From the IMG/VR virus record IMGVR_UViG_3300024255_000023, positions 523-64,522 of that record: 64,000 nt of DNA; one strand, 5' to 3'. Under the pieces are notes generated by a model that saw only the letters and a program-made list of their open reading frames with translations, ran no database searches and was not told the origin of the DNA. Each line of letters starts with the position of its first letter. The first letter of the stretch is position 1. The translations under genes were made by a program, and so were the position numbers. Origin of the DNA: a virus (taxonomy: Duplodnaviria; Caudoviricetes). Below are positions 19,601-31,500 of the stretch, one piece after another.

Positions 19601-22480
19601 GGAGTTGTATTAGGCTCAGTTTACTATATACAAGATATAATAAACGCAACTCAATTTACAATATCAGAATCTTTAGTTAATGTAAGTGTTACAGAAACAC
19701 AAGCATCAAATAATGGATTAGTTATAGCAGATACTAGCGCATTAACTCCATTAAATCCAGTAATATTTAAAACAGGAATAATAGGCGGACTTGGTGAAAA
19801 GCAAACATATTTTATAAATTCAATTTTAAGTGGAACTGAATTTAGTCTGTCTAGTGATACTATTACTAGAACTGCAACAGCTAGTGAAGCAGTATCAAAC
19901 TTGATTACTGTAGACGATACAACAGGCTTTATTCAAAATGCTCCTATTGTGTTTAATGGAGTTGAGTTTGGAAATATTGATAACGACACTGTTTACTATA
20001 TTCAGGTTGTTAACGATGCAACATCATTTACAGTATCGGAAGCACCTGGTGGTGCAGCACTTCCGTTGCTAACAGCAACTGGCGATTTAATTGTTAGAAC
20101 TGTTACTGATACTGTAGTAGTTACTTCAGAAGTTGGCGCAATGGAAGGTAATACAACCGGAAATAAATTTGCTGTAGACGCTGACAGGGGAACAATGGAA
20201 GGATCTTTCTTTACAGAAATATTCGGCGGCGTAACAGCAGGCGTAACTTATTTTGTTAAAGAAAAATTTAATTTATCAGGCAGTGAAATAACAATTTCCG
20301 AAACATTAGGCGGCGCAGAATTTGTTCCAACTAATGAAACAGGCTCAATGCAATTTAACGAAGTTGGTTGGGATCATATTAATCCTGGGACACCGTTAAC
20401 TACTACATTTGATTCAACATCCATTTATATTATTGAACCAAGGATAAGTTTTGACCGTCCACCTTTTACAAAAGTTGATCTAGAGCCAATTCCAAATGGT
20501 GCAGAATATTCCTTTATAATAAGTGACGGCGAAAACTTTTTTGCTGTTCCTGGAGAGTCAGATACACTAAGAAGTACAACTGATTATCTTAACTTAGATT
20601 TAGCATATACATTACCTATTTCAGGTACCGGAGTTAATCCTTGGGTAGATGGATGTCACGGAAACAATACTTGGTTTATTTTATCTAAAGATGGACAGCA
20701 GTCGTTGTACTCAGTATCAAATGGGCTTACTTGGTTAAGTGTAAATCTTCCTTCGCTATCAAGTGGACAATATACTACAGTTACATATGGTAACGGAGTA
20801 TTTGTTGCTGCATCAGTAGGAAATCAAACACTAGCATACTCAACGAATAATTGTTCTACATGGACAAGTGTAGATATATCGTCTTTAACATATGATGATT
20901 ATAGAGCAGTTGCATACGGAAAAGAAATATTTGTAGCAGTAGATGGTAGTGCTAATGCTGGTATATACTCAACGGATAACGGCGTAACTTGGAACGAAAC
21001 AACAATAGATCCATCAGGAGATTCAACCGTTTACAATTGGAGACATGTAGAATTTGGTAATGGACGTTTTGTAGCAGTATCAGAAGATAATAGACCAGCA
21101 GCATATAGCTTTGACGGCATTAACTGGTATACTTCAGATGTAAGTGTAAGTGCTACTGATTTTAAATATGCACAAGGTGTATTTGTTGCTGTTGATAACA
21201 CAACTGGATATTGTTATACATCACCAGACGGGATAACATGGTTTGAACAAACTGAGTTAGTTGGTATTGATAGTAACGTATTAGGATTTGGAATAGATCC
21301 AACTACCCGACAAGGATGGTTCGTAACTATAGATAGTGCAGGTACTTCAGCAATTAAATTTAGTGCAGGAAGTAGAGCAATAGCTAGAGCGACAGTATCG
21401 AGTTCATCAATATCAGGAGTAAGTATGTTAGAACCAGGTTCAGGATACGATGACGAAAGTCCTGCACCAGGAGTGAAAATTACTGATCCTAATAACTCTG
21501 AAGAAGCACTAATACAAGTAAGAGTAGGTAACGGAACATTAGGTGCGCCGACATTTACTAACTTTGGAGCAGGGTATAATACAACATCAACAGCAATTGC
21601 AATTAGAGGTGACGGATTTAGTGATTCATTCCAAACTGGTTTAAGATTTATTGCTAAAGATATTACTAGATTCCCTGCACCAGGTGACAACTTACAGTTT
21701 GACGGCGATCTTACTGTTTATCGTGTTGCTAAAGCAGAAAGATTATTTGGAACAACAGCACCAAACTTAGAAGCAGTAATAACAATTAGTCCTCAGCTAA
21801 CACAAGAAACAGCACCAGCTAATGATACACCGTTTACAATACGTAGTAGATTTAGTCAGTGTCGTATTACAAACCATGACTTCTTAAATATTGGTTATGG
21901 TAATAAGATACAATCTAATTATCCAAACTTACCAGAGAACACTGGACTAGAACCACAAGATGAAATTGTTGAAACAAACAACGGTCGTGTGTTTTATTCA
22001 AGTACAGACCAAGATGGTAACTTTAGAGTTGGTGACTTATTTGCTGTTGAACAAGCAACAGGTATTGTTACACTAAGTGCTCAAGAGTTTGGATTAGAAG
22101 GACTAACAGAATTAACAATTGGCGGCGTTGCACTTGGTGGATCACCGACAGTAGTTTCAGAATTTTCAACAGACGGAACATTTGTAGCTAATTCTAATAA
22201 CATTGTTCCAACACAGAAGGCAATTAAAACTTATCTTGCAAGCAGATTAAGTCAAGGTGGTTCAGATACATTTACAGGTTTGCTACAAGCAGGTACTGTT
22301 AAGGTAGGTGGACCTGACGAAATTACATCTTCAATTCCAGAAGGTGCAGAAGGTTTTGGTATAAACATGGGTGTAAAAGTTAACGTTACGGGCCCTTACG
22401 CAGGGTGGAGTGGTGACGGACTAGCAATGGCGTATTTCATGAAGACATTTGTCGATCCTACACGTGGATCAGGCAATTAG
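13676..22480 (+). CDS. giant virion protein (2934 aa): WxxxxxYxxGDxVxYGG carbohydrate-binding-like repeats, metal-motif insert, beta-helix core, propeller-like repeats
   Basis: SEFKISRLRFSWVG N-terminus shared with 22513; SPYVQNVTTFG, SNDFTQILSDGIG, YGNGxFVA repeats, STDQDGNFRVGD. Confidence 0.8.
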   Translation: MSEFKISRLRFSWVGNWQDQYVYNKDEIVQYEGKAYVCLIPHTSNAFYSDLGAVEPKWELMMTGQTWKGPWSQFQQYSLDNIVIFGGVVYKCNEQHLSGSIIDPDIDKWDTYAESKTWKSEWTSSTTYGPGDIVNYGGSSYECIIAHVSAETDLLGLEDDYTAIDDSTEKFWKVAQEGVQWRGDFATSTEDSSTLRYKLNDLVRYGPSIYKCNWGHAPSILGELSDEFYYAGQIKDDGRHGEIFDRSIEVNGLKLVAATNIGGQIAVPDEWLRKTARAVQLLTDPDSIGINAEYQKNLIKTLRGDIGTPHAGIPAAQRIAYGSGDSYTPNWLQDANVSSYTGYQYFLDSHVVNDMVWYKNTSGPNPSVGDRDIEEILEHLMHTIHLFGIPGAVPGADLAIAVQAQENPDFQTTDLHVAMIEAMNAGVFNPSEYVTVIATEDPESLLTTYSITDAEQAEIAYKEYLYLLNWSMWEMSEFWNGGSLSPEWTLIDQLGVQENNPLGYALFNTYIQPVLSKPNFVTLRNIFQNGDLGVSGYQPDITDNLAGDEGTWVKSYWDLWLPGLDYENVWSNNSIYQPGDIVLYGGYLFQSIVINNIGNTPSTTYGEDSTDAWELVSKAFDVEGIWDNVTPYKIGSVVTYGGDLYVALVDSQGVNPGNSVITAPYEAEDSAGTRLQVNFGDSVSANSITIGMTVTGEGFASGQTVEAVSVDNDSSNASQIATITLSHAPDGTITDEALITFAGAKAGYWEVMIPGFSWEGRWNTDIVYNIDDIAYYGNATYYCLREHTSSLVNRPDYDLQNTYWTMYLQHDQRNILTTPGEMITRDSSENTTLAIGEQNSILKVIDGLPTWSDLDFTPNVYYVATNGIDAIGRGTTPDTAWRSVNYACANVLEGTLQQNAKVLLEKNKEFIVQEAFNWFLYQQNEGADPFVSSYDFDNTKVIRDARQIVDAVTRDLIRGGNCNTVAAALSYFDLESTNRFTNDSVAEQRLFFQVFFVELFNLIELSLTNTIPAVNYQQLEADRIGINDLDPGEVAFAAQWFNSSLTLESDTLTVVNALERIYLESFAAGSPDTIPPANESAYSTIFIRAGTYDEQIPILIPANTALNGDELRGTTIQPATPINTLCTRTQGDVNLFTVGSTLNMENNTPVQFVSLNPVDEISTILGGVTAGQTYYVIGSSITPTTFSVAETKDATQADSVDITTNIGNMYVYGGEALHDMFHVRNATGIRNMTVKGLRGTLTAENEFLTRRPTGGAYVALDPGEGPDDTRAWITYKSPYVQNVTTFGTGCTGMKIDSTLHNGGNRSMVSNDFTQILSDGIGIWCKGGDALTEAVSVFSYYGYAGYFAEDGAKMRATNGNSSYGTYGCVAEGFDISETPAVGTINNTSGEATAQAVSALGANAEILKIQYTHAGEQYYSKTTNYLKESNNLISTEWENDSNVTIIRAPTTPYENEFAWKITGNTSLSNSAYFWQDVSVSPQGRTYTNVAGINISGSGINATFNVTVNSDAYQVSVNNGGESYVVGNQITLSGKSFGGRSPENDIIVSVDELAITAVQQISFVGTVPEGSALGYNVSIHAKKGDSSYIDLGTEFSGNTLVETSVRFNFDTGAFTSLEGAGLVLASNLRADFLEEGWYRLSFKVVDTTALNTQLRMKVYPRGTDGITGSTSFYGAQITTSDNVQFFIETTNNTPTGYANIKVTGAGNGIKVQADELRTGSIFQARLLETADVRLGGLGYKIQTNNAQTGTTEYLTLAGSEVATAAEYEGTRLVVQSGLGAGQYGIIADYDVTSKQATIVKESFDPQEIVASTATDNRLTISSDSANQFFNVYEGQKIQFTPTFYDIDINSISQSGISVVGTLGNLNNYMYVTTTTRLRVGQKINFSGTPFGGVIIGFDYYIIDVIDDQAIQISTSQGGAVWPLSNVNIEDPDDSPITFTGEIPNFTLNYPDDTGYLKADTTTNMVTTLPIQFTGTSLGGVVLGSVYYIQDIINATQFTISESLVNVSVTETQASNNGLVIADTSALTPLNPVIFKTGIIGGLGEKQTYFINSILSGTEFSLSSDTITRTATASEAVSNLITVDDTTGFIQNAPIVFNGVEFGNIDNDTVYYIQVVNDATSFTVSEAPGGAALPLLTATGDLIVRTVTDTVVVTSEVGAMEGNTTGNKFAVDADRGTMEGSFFTEIFGGVTAGVTYFVKEKFNLSGSEITISETLGGAEFVPTNETGSMQFNEVGWDHINPGTPLTTTFDSTSIYIIEPRISFDRPPFTKVDLEPIPNGAEYSFIISDGENFFAVPGESDTLRSTTDYLNLDLAYTLPISGTGVNPWVDGCHGNNTWFILSKDGQQSLYSVSNGLTWLSVNLPSLSSGQYTTVTYGNGVFVAASVGNQTLAYSTNNCSTWTSVDISSLTYDDYRAVAYGKEIFVAVDGSANAGIYSTDNGVTWNETTIDPSGDSTVYNWRHVEFGNGRFVAVSEDNRPAAYSFDGINWYTSDVSVSATDFKYAQGVFVAVDNTTGYCYTSPDGITWFEQTELVGIDSNVLGFGIDPTTRQGWFVTIDSAGTSAIKFSAGSRAIARATVSSSSISGVSMLEPGSGYDDESPAPGVKITDPNNSEEALIQVRVGNGTLGAPTFTNFGAGYNTTSTAIAIRGDGFSDSFQTGLRFIAKDITRFPAPGDNLQFDGDLTVYRVAKAERLFGTTAPNLEAVITISPQLTQETAPANDTPFTIRSRFSQCRITNHDFLNIGYGNKIQSNYPNLPENTGLEPQDEIVETNNGRVFYSSTDQDGNFRVGDLFAVEQATGIVTLSAQEFGLEGLTELTIGGVALGGSPTVVSEFSTDGTFVANSNNIVPTQKAIKTYLASRLSQGGSDTFTGLLQAGTVKVGGPDEITSSIPEGAEGFGINMGVKVNVTGPYAGWSGDGLAMAYFMKTFVDPTRGSGN

Positions 22481-22488
22481 GATAAATA
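22481..22488 (+). promoter_or_regulatory. late promoter GATAAATA
   Basis: Immediately after the 13676 stop and upstream of a GGAG SD. Confidence 0.75.
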
Positions 22489-22512
22489 TAAGAACACGGA
22501 GTTTTTTAAAAA

Positions 22513-25500
22513 ATGGCAGAATTTAAACTAGGTAGAATTAGGTTTGTATGGCAAGGGGATTGGTCTACAAGTCGCACATACGTTGCAGATGACGTTGTAA
22601 GTTTTGGTGGCAAATCATACATATGTATTAAGAACCACACATCCTCAGCAGCATTTGATACAGATTTTTCAAACGCAATACCAAAGTGGGACATTGTTTC
22701 CGATGGTACAAGTTGGCAAGGTGACTGGCAACCAGAATATGCTTATGCACCAGGTGACGTTGTTAAGTACGGCGCACTTGTATATATTGCTGAAACAGGA
22801 CACACATCAGCTACATTTGTTGCTCCAGACTATTTAGGTCTTGAAGAAGATTTAGACAATTGGACAGAGTTTGCTACTTCGTTTGATTGGAAGGGCGACT
22901 GGACTGTAGCTACAAGATTTAAAATTAACGACCTTGTAAAATATGGTGGTTATGTTTACCTATGTAAAACTGCACACGTTTCTGCCGCAACTGTGACATT
23001 AGGACTTGAACCTGATCAAGCTAAATGGGAATTATTTAGTGATGGATTAGTTTATACAGGTGACTGGACTTTAGGTACTCGTTACCGTGTAAACGATATT
23101 GTAAAGTATGGCGGTAACGTGTTTATTGCAAAAGCTCCACATACAGCAGCAAACTTTATTACAGACGAAGCAGCAAACTGGGATGTGTTTATCGAAGGCT
23201 TCCAATTTGAAGACAGTTGGGCAAATGCTACAGTTTACCAAATTGGTGATACTGTAACGTATGGCGGTTATGTATATGTTGCTAAAACAAACAATACAAA
23301 TGCACAACCAACAGCTAGTCCAGACGATTGGGAAGTATTTACAACAGGCTTTAGTTTCCAAGGAGACTGGAGTTCATTAGATTCTTATAAAGTAGGCGAT
23401 GTTGTTCGCATTGGTGGTACAACATACGTTGCTATTGCTGATAGTTCAGATCAAGAGCCGCCAGAAGCAGCATTTTGGAGTAGATTAAACTCAGGTGTTA
23501 AATGGACAAGAAGTACTGAAAACTTTTCACAGATTGCAGGTGCAAACGCAGCTGGCGGATCTGGATCAGGCGCAAAATTTGATATTGTAAAATCAAACAC
23601 AGTATATACAGTTAGTGTGTCTACTGGCTTTGCAGGAACAGGTTATGCTAATAATGATGTGATAACGCTATCCGGTGCAAACCTTGGTGGAACTACACCA
23701 GCTAACGATATTGTAGTAACAGTAACTGGCGTAACTGGCGGAGCAATTGATACTATAACACATACTGGTTATTCGTCAAGTTGGATTGCAGGAAGAAATT
23801 ATGCAGTAGGCGATGTTGCAATTTATGGCGCAAGTTCATTTATTGTTATTGCTAAACATACTTCAGAAGTAGCAAATAGACCAGATAACGATTTAACAGC
23901 GTCTTACTGGAACTTGTTAACATTAGGTAGTGAAGCATTAGCTCTTGAAGTTGAAGGCGATTTAGTTTATTATGGTAATCAAGGACCTACAAGACTTCCA
24001 ATCGGTGTTGATGGACAAATTTTACGTGCAACTGACGGATTTCCAGACTGGGCAAACTACGGCTTAATTGATAACGTTGTTTATGTTGGACCATTAGGAA
24101 ATAATGTACCAGCACCAGAATCAGGCTTAACAATTGATAAACCTTTTAGTAGTGTACGTTATGCCTTAGACCAAATACGCAATGGATATTTAAATCCTAA
24201 GACTAAACAAATTCTTAAAAATAACAAACAGTTTTTAGTTAAAGAAGCATCAAACTGGGTAAAACATAATTATAATGTTACTATTACTGCTTCAGCTACT
24301 GGTTCACGTACTTTTACATGTAACTCAACAGAAAACTTAGTAGACGGATTACCAATAGTATTTGACGGAGTACTAGGCGGCGTAACAGCTGGAACAGTAT
24401 ACTATGTAGATGCTATTGTAAGTGCAACTGAATTTAGAATTGCAGCAACACCAGGCGGGATATCAGTTATATTAACTAATACTACTGGTAGTATGCAAGG
24501 TGACGCATCTGTAAACTTTGTTAACTTGGAACAAGATTGTTGTTATGTTATTGACGCATTAGTATATGATATTAGTCGCGGCGGAACATTAAAAACAACC
24601 GAAGTTACAAATTCTTATTATACTGCTGCTGGAAATGAGTATATTTCAAATGTACAAAGAGATCAGCGTGTAATTAATGAAGCAGTATATGCACAATTAA
24701 AAGTATTTGTTGATGAAGTATTAAGTAACACAACACCAATAAATTATCAAGGACTAATGGGCATTAATACTAATCAAAGAGCTCAACAGGTTATTGATTT
24801 AGACTTAGTAGCAGAAGCTGAAGGTAAAACAAAAGCTTCTACACTACTTGATATTGTTATTACAGGCATTGAAGCAAAATCAAATACAGCAATTGCATTA
24901 CCAGTATTACCAAATACAACAGTGTTTATTAAAACAGGTACATATAACGAAATACTTCCAATGATTCTTCCAGAGTACACAGCGGTAGTAGGCGATGAAC
25001 TTCGTACAAGTGTTGTTCAACCACAACCGGCAATTGCACTACTAGCAAATGATAAAGCTAAAAGTACAAATGCTTTAAATAGAATTAAAGATATTTCTTC
25101 AGAAATTATTTCAAATGTTGCTATTACTCCAACCACAGGAAACACTGTACCTCAAGCATATATCAATGGATACGGTGGTACTACACAATCAAACAATAGA
25201 TTAAACAATAGTATTGAAGTTGTTAAAAATGTATTAGCTACAGGATTAAGTATTGTAGATACGATGCCAGCTGTTGGCCCAACACCAACAAGCGGATCAA
25301 ACAATGCAAGTGACGCAGGTCATCTAAATGCAATTGCACAAATTGAAGCAAACTACGAATTTATTAAGAAAGAAATTACTGCTTGGATCGCTGTACAAGT
25401 TGCAGGATCAATTGCTCCATTTGCATCAAACTTTGTGTATAATGCAGAGACATGTGCAAGAGATGTTGAATACATCTTAGACGCAATACGTTATGACTTA

Positions 25501-28500
25501 ACATATGGCGGTAACTTCCAAACTTCAGTAGCATCAAGAAGCTATTTTGTAGACGGTAGTCCAGTATATGGCGCAGGCGAAAAAGAAGAAACACTTGCAG
25601 CATACGCTAGACTAAAAGTTGTAGTTGGAGATGTAATTACTGAGACAGCAGTTACAGTAAGTGATGCCGGAGACGGATCAGGCAATGACATAACACAAGA
25701 TACAACTGGTACAGCAGGTAGTGCGGCAGCTGAAACTTTTGCTGAAACAAGAGTACAAGAAATTTATGATACTATTGATACTGATGGTACACTAGCAAGT
25801 GTAATTGCACCAGATACATCTTGGGTTGCAGGAAACTTTACAACTATTAGTGCAGAAATTACAGCACTTAAATCAAGTGTACAAGCAGGTGCTATTACTT
25901 GGGTCAATACAAATTACCCTAACTTTACATTTAATGAATCAAAATGTTCAAGAGATATTGGATATATTGTAGATGGTTTAGAGTATGACATTTTGTTTGG
26001 TAGTACTTTTAATTCATTAAAATCAGGTATGGCTTATCGTAGAGGAATTTCGTCAACGGAAGTTGTACTAGATAATCAACTTGAACCTACACTAGGAACA
26101 ATAGAATATACAAGAAATCGTTTAAAATACATTACTACAAGAACTTACAAAGTGCAAGAAAGCACTGATCTAATTGTTAATATTTTAAATAATGGTTCTG
26201 GGTCAGTTCCAGTTAACTATACAATTACAGATCCAGTAGGTTACGATGCAGGATTTTTCAATGCAAGACGCTTAATTGTAGCTAACAAAGATTTTATCAT
26301 TGCAGAAGCAGAAGCATACATGGTTGATAACTACAACACATTATGGTCAAGTTTTGATTCAGATGTAAAAGCAACTTGGTTAGAAGACGTTGATAGCATT
26401 GTTGATGCATTGCAGTATGACTTAACTTATAGAGGAAATAACGCAACACAGACTCATTCAAACAAATATTATAATGATGCACTTGTGTTTGTTCGTCCAG
26501 GTTCAGAAAAAGATGAAAGTTTAGCATTAATTTTAAGACTACAGAATATAATAGATAATATTGCAGTAGGCGATAGTAGTGGCTGGACTAAATCTTCAAG
26601 TAACAGCGACACACAAGATACAACTGGTACAGCAGGTTCAGCTGGCGCTGGCACATATGCAGCAGATAGATTAGGTGAAATATATGCAACTATAGATACT
26701 GCTATTACTTCTGCAAGTGTTACTCCGTCAGTAGCGTGGACTGATACCGCATTACAAGCATTTAAAACAACATTAGATGCAAGAAAAGCTATAATACAAG
26801 ATGCAACACTTGACTATATCAAATATACATACCCTACACTAAACTTTACTGATTCAGTATGTTCAAGAGATATTGGATTGTTAATTGACTCACTTGTACT
26901 TGACACAGTATTTGATTCAAACTTCCTAACTTCGAAACTAGCAGAACAATATAGATCTGGTGTAGTAGTATTCACAGGTGCAAATCTTACAGAGAACTTA
27001 GCGGCTATTGCATATGTAAACAGTTATATCACAGAAATTACAGACGGCGTAGTAAGTACTCCAGGTTCGAGAAAACACGGTGATCGTGCATATAAACTTA
27101 TTAAAGACATGAACACTGTTGTCCAAAACGGGTTAGGTGCATTACCACCGAGTGTATTCCCAACAGCCCCTGGATACAATACAGCATCGTTTAGTAATAC
27201 TGCGTATGCTACTGCAAGTAATACAACTGGTGTTACTACAACATACGGTGATGCAGCTGCACAGCTAGTAAAAAATGCAGCGTTTATACAAGATGAAATT
27301 CGTCACTGGTTAGAAGATGCAGGCAACGGTTATGACGGTGTTTGGAATAGTATAAGCACTGATGGACAAGATCGCTGTATTCGAGATGTTGGATATATTT
27401 TAGATGCGGCACGTTACGATTTATTATACGGTGGTAACACACAATCAATCGTTGCAGGTAATGCATACTTTAGTAACTTTGTTCTTACAATTAGTGCTAC
27501 TGAAGTACCAGCAACACTTGCAGCATACGCTAGACTAAAAGTTGTAGTTGGCGAAGTAATTGCAGAAACAACTGTAACAGCAAGTACAGGAGTTACAGAG
27601 TCACAGGATACAACTGGTACAGCAGGCAATACAAATGCAGTTGAATTTGCTCAAGCAAGAGTGCAAGACATAGTTGATCATATTAATAATACATTACCAA
27701 ATAACACTATTGAAATTGCAAACACTTGGCAACAGCTAGAACTACAAAATGCATACAACAGAGTTGTTGCTCGTAAAACTGAACTAGTTGAAGATGTTGT
27801 GTTTTGGGTAGAAAAATTTGCTCAAGAACTTACATTTAACCAAGCAACTTGCCGCAGAGATGCAGGACTTATTGTTGATGCACTTGCACGTGATCTTTAT
27901 ACAGGATCTAACTTTGCAACAACTAAAGCTGGTATGAGCTATTATAGATTAATTGCGTCAGCACTGAAAGTTAAAAACGAACAGTTATATGCTACAGTTG
28001 GCTCAATGGAATTCTTAGCACAAAAAGCAAGACGTGTAGCAACACTTCCTGCAAATGCTGCTATAGAAATGTTAATTGAAGATATTAATGCATACATTGA
28101 TGGCGGACAACTTCCAATACAGAAATGGGTAACACCTGCTACAGGCGGAGACGCTAACGATATAGCAGCGGCATCTATTATTTGGGAAAACACTAAATTT
28201 ATACAAGAAGAGGTAATTGCATTTATTGCTGAAACTTATCCTGAGTTAAATTATAATAAAGACAAATGTAGAAGAGACATTGGATATATCATTGATGCTA
28301 TACGTTATGATTTAACATATAGTGGCGATGCTGCAACATTAAGAGCAGCTGAATATTACTGGACAAAAGACTTAAACGACGAAAACGTTCATACTTTAGA
28401 AGCAGATGAAAAAACAGCAACTTTAGCGGCATACGATCATATGAAGTTCTTGTTAGAAGATTTAGCACTAAACACTTTAGGTAGTCCGGGCGCAGTTCAA

Positions 28501-31500
28501 ACAGATTATGCTCCTGTATTTAGAGATGAACTACAAACAATTGGCGATGCTGGATCATTAAGCAAAGTAACAACATTAATGAATACGTTGTATAATACAA
28601 TTGGCGATATATTGGCGAAGCCACAGTTATATATTACTGATGTAACTAATAATATTTTCACTATGGATAACAATGTTCCGCATAACTTAACTGTAGGAGA
28701 CGAAGTTGAATTTACTGATGCTCCTAGTGCAGATTACCTTTTATACTTTGTTAAGTCAACACCATCGGCAACAACGTTTTCACTAGCAACTTATTTTAAT
28801 GGTCCAATATTTGAATATAGCGTTGGTCCAACAGAGTTGTTTGCTTGTCCGTACAGAACAGCATCCTTAACAGATGTTCCAGCAGTACTGCAACAGCAAT
28901 TTACAAACTTAACAGGTTCAGCAGAAGCAATTAAAACTACAATTACTGAATATATTGCAGACAAGTTCCCAACATTAGATTATAATGTTGAGAAATGTGA
29001 AAGAGACGTTGGCTACATTATTAATGCAGTTGGCCGCGATATGATGAATAATAGTAACTATCAAACAGTACTAAATGCACTTGCATACTATAGAGGAACT
29101 AGTGCAGCTAAAGTAACTGGAAGTCAAAAAGTTGCAACAGTACAATCTTACAGAGAATTAAAGAATAAGATTGGAACTTTTGTAAATGGTAGTCCTGTAG
29201 CATTAAAACGTACTAACCAATTAATGGATATTATTATTAATATGCTCGATAACGGTGCAAATGTTACTCCAGAAATTCATGGTACTATTACATACTTTAA
29301 TGATAGAGAAACAATTAACGCTGCAGATATTATGACTGCTAATAAAAACTTCTTAGCAAATGAAGCTACAGCGTGGATAGAACAATACTACGGCGGAACT
29401 GTAGAAGACTTAGCAGGATCTCCGGGAACTGTAACTTTCAATTCAGCACACAACTTAGTAGTAAATGACCCGATCAAATTTGATTCAGGTGCATTTGGTG
29501 ATTTAGTTGCTGGAACAATATATTATGTATCAGAAGTTGTAAGCGCAACTGAGATACAAATTTCCGACAAAGCAGGCGGCGAGTCATTAGTACTTGGGGC
29601 AGCTACTGGATCAAGTGTTGCAACATATGCATTTGATAGAGCAGCATGTCGTAGAGACACTGAAAGCTATATTGATGCAATTGTAATGGACTTGAAATAT
29701 CCAGGTAACGCAAATTCATGGAGAGCTGCACAACTTTACTTAAATGCAGTACAAGGTTCTGAACGTGCAGATATGTATCATGTACGTAATGCAACAGGCG
29801 TAAGAAATATGACTGTTAGTGGATTGCGTGGTAACTTAACTGAACTAAACGATTTTGGAACAAGACGTCCAACAGCAGGTTCGTATGTATCATTGGATCC
29901 AGGCTTTGGTCCTAATGATAGTGTATCATGGGTAACTAACAAATCTTGCTATGTACAAAACGTAACAACATTTGGTGTTGGCTGTGTTGGTTGTAAAATT
30001 GACGGAGCTCTACACGCAGGCGGTAACAGATCGATTGTTAGTAACGACTTTACACAAGTACTATCAGATGGTATTGGTGTATGGTGTTCAGGTAACAACT
30101 CACTAACAGAGCTTGTGTCTGTGTTTGCTTACTATAACTATTCAGGTTACTTAGCAGACTTAGGCGGCAGAATACGTGCTACTAACGGTAACAGTTCATA
30201 TGGTACATATGGTGTTATTGCTGAAGGTACTGACACTGGCGAAAATCCAATTGTTGCAGAAGTTGATAACTTGTCACAAGACGCATTAGTTTATAGTGTA
30301 TTAACAGACGGTGAACAACAAGTGTTAGGATTTGAATTTGCAAACGCAGGTACAAATTATACAAATGCTGAAGTTGCTATTAGTGGTACAGGATTTAATG
30401 CTGCTGTAAACGACACAGAATTTAGAGACAGAGCGGTTATTGAATCAAGAATTATTGACTTAAATGATGGTAACGGTACAGGCGGTGAAGATCATGTTAC
30501 AGCACAAAACGTTGCACAGGGCGGTACTGCTTATAAAGTTACTGTAGCAGCAACTGACACTGCATTAGGTGGTGCATACGTAGGTATGAATATCCAATTA
30601 ACAGCAGGTACAGGTGTTGGACAATACGGTACAGTATTAAGATTTAACAACGGTACTAAAGATGCATTAGTGTACAAGCCTTCATATGATAACTTAACAG
30701 TAAGTGCTTCAGTTAACACTGGAAACTTACTAACGGTTCCAAGTACAGATACATTGTACGTTGATATGCCGATATATTTAAGTGACGATATTGGCGGCGC
30801 AACAAAGGAAACATTATACTTTGTTACAGCACTAGTAAGCGGCACACAGTTTACAATTAGTGACGAAGTAGGCGGTACTGATCTTTCACTAACTAGTGAA
30901 ACTAAGAACGTTGTATTATATGCAGCAGGCTTTGATCATGTTATTCCAGGAACTACAATAGCAACTGGACTTGATCTAACAACAGGTTATACTATTGAAC
31001 CTGCGGTAACATATAGATCACCAGGTTGGAATGCAGTTAATATTGCAACTGCTGGATCCGTTGCATTTGGTAGTATGATATATGTTGATGGTAGATTTGT
31101 TGCATTACAAGAAGGTGGCACAGGTACAAACTATTCAACATCAGGAATTACTTGGCTTGCAGGCGGAGTGTTACCTACATCAGGTAACTGGAATAAAGTA
31201 GCAACAGGCGGAGGCACAGGTGCAACTGCAACAGCAGTAATTGGCGGACTTGGTGGATCAGGTGCTGTGTTAACAACTGAACTTGGTGAACTAAACAATA
31301 TTGGTGCACCAGGGCCAACACAGATTTCTAAGGTAACAGTAGTAAATGGTGGTACAGGGTATCAAACTGCACCAACTATTGTGTTTACTCCAACAGCAGG
31401 CGGCGGTGGAGCTACAGCAGTATGTACAGTTAAAGATGGTATTATTCAAGAAGTTATTATTACAAGTACAGGCGCTGGTTATTCACAAGCACCAACTGTA

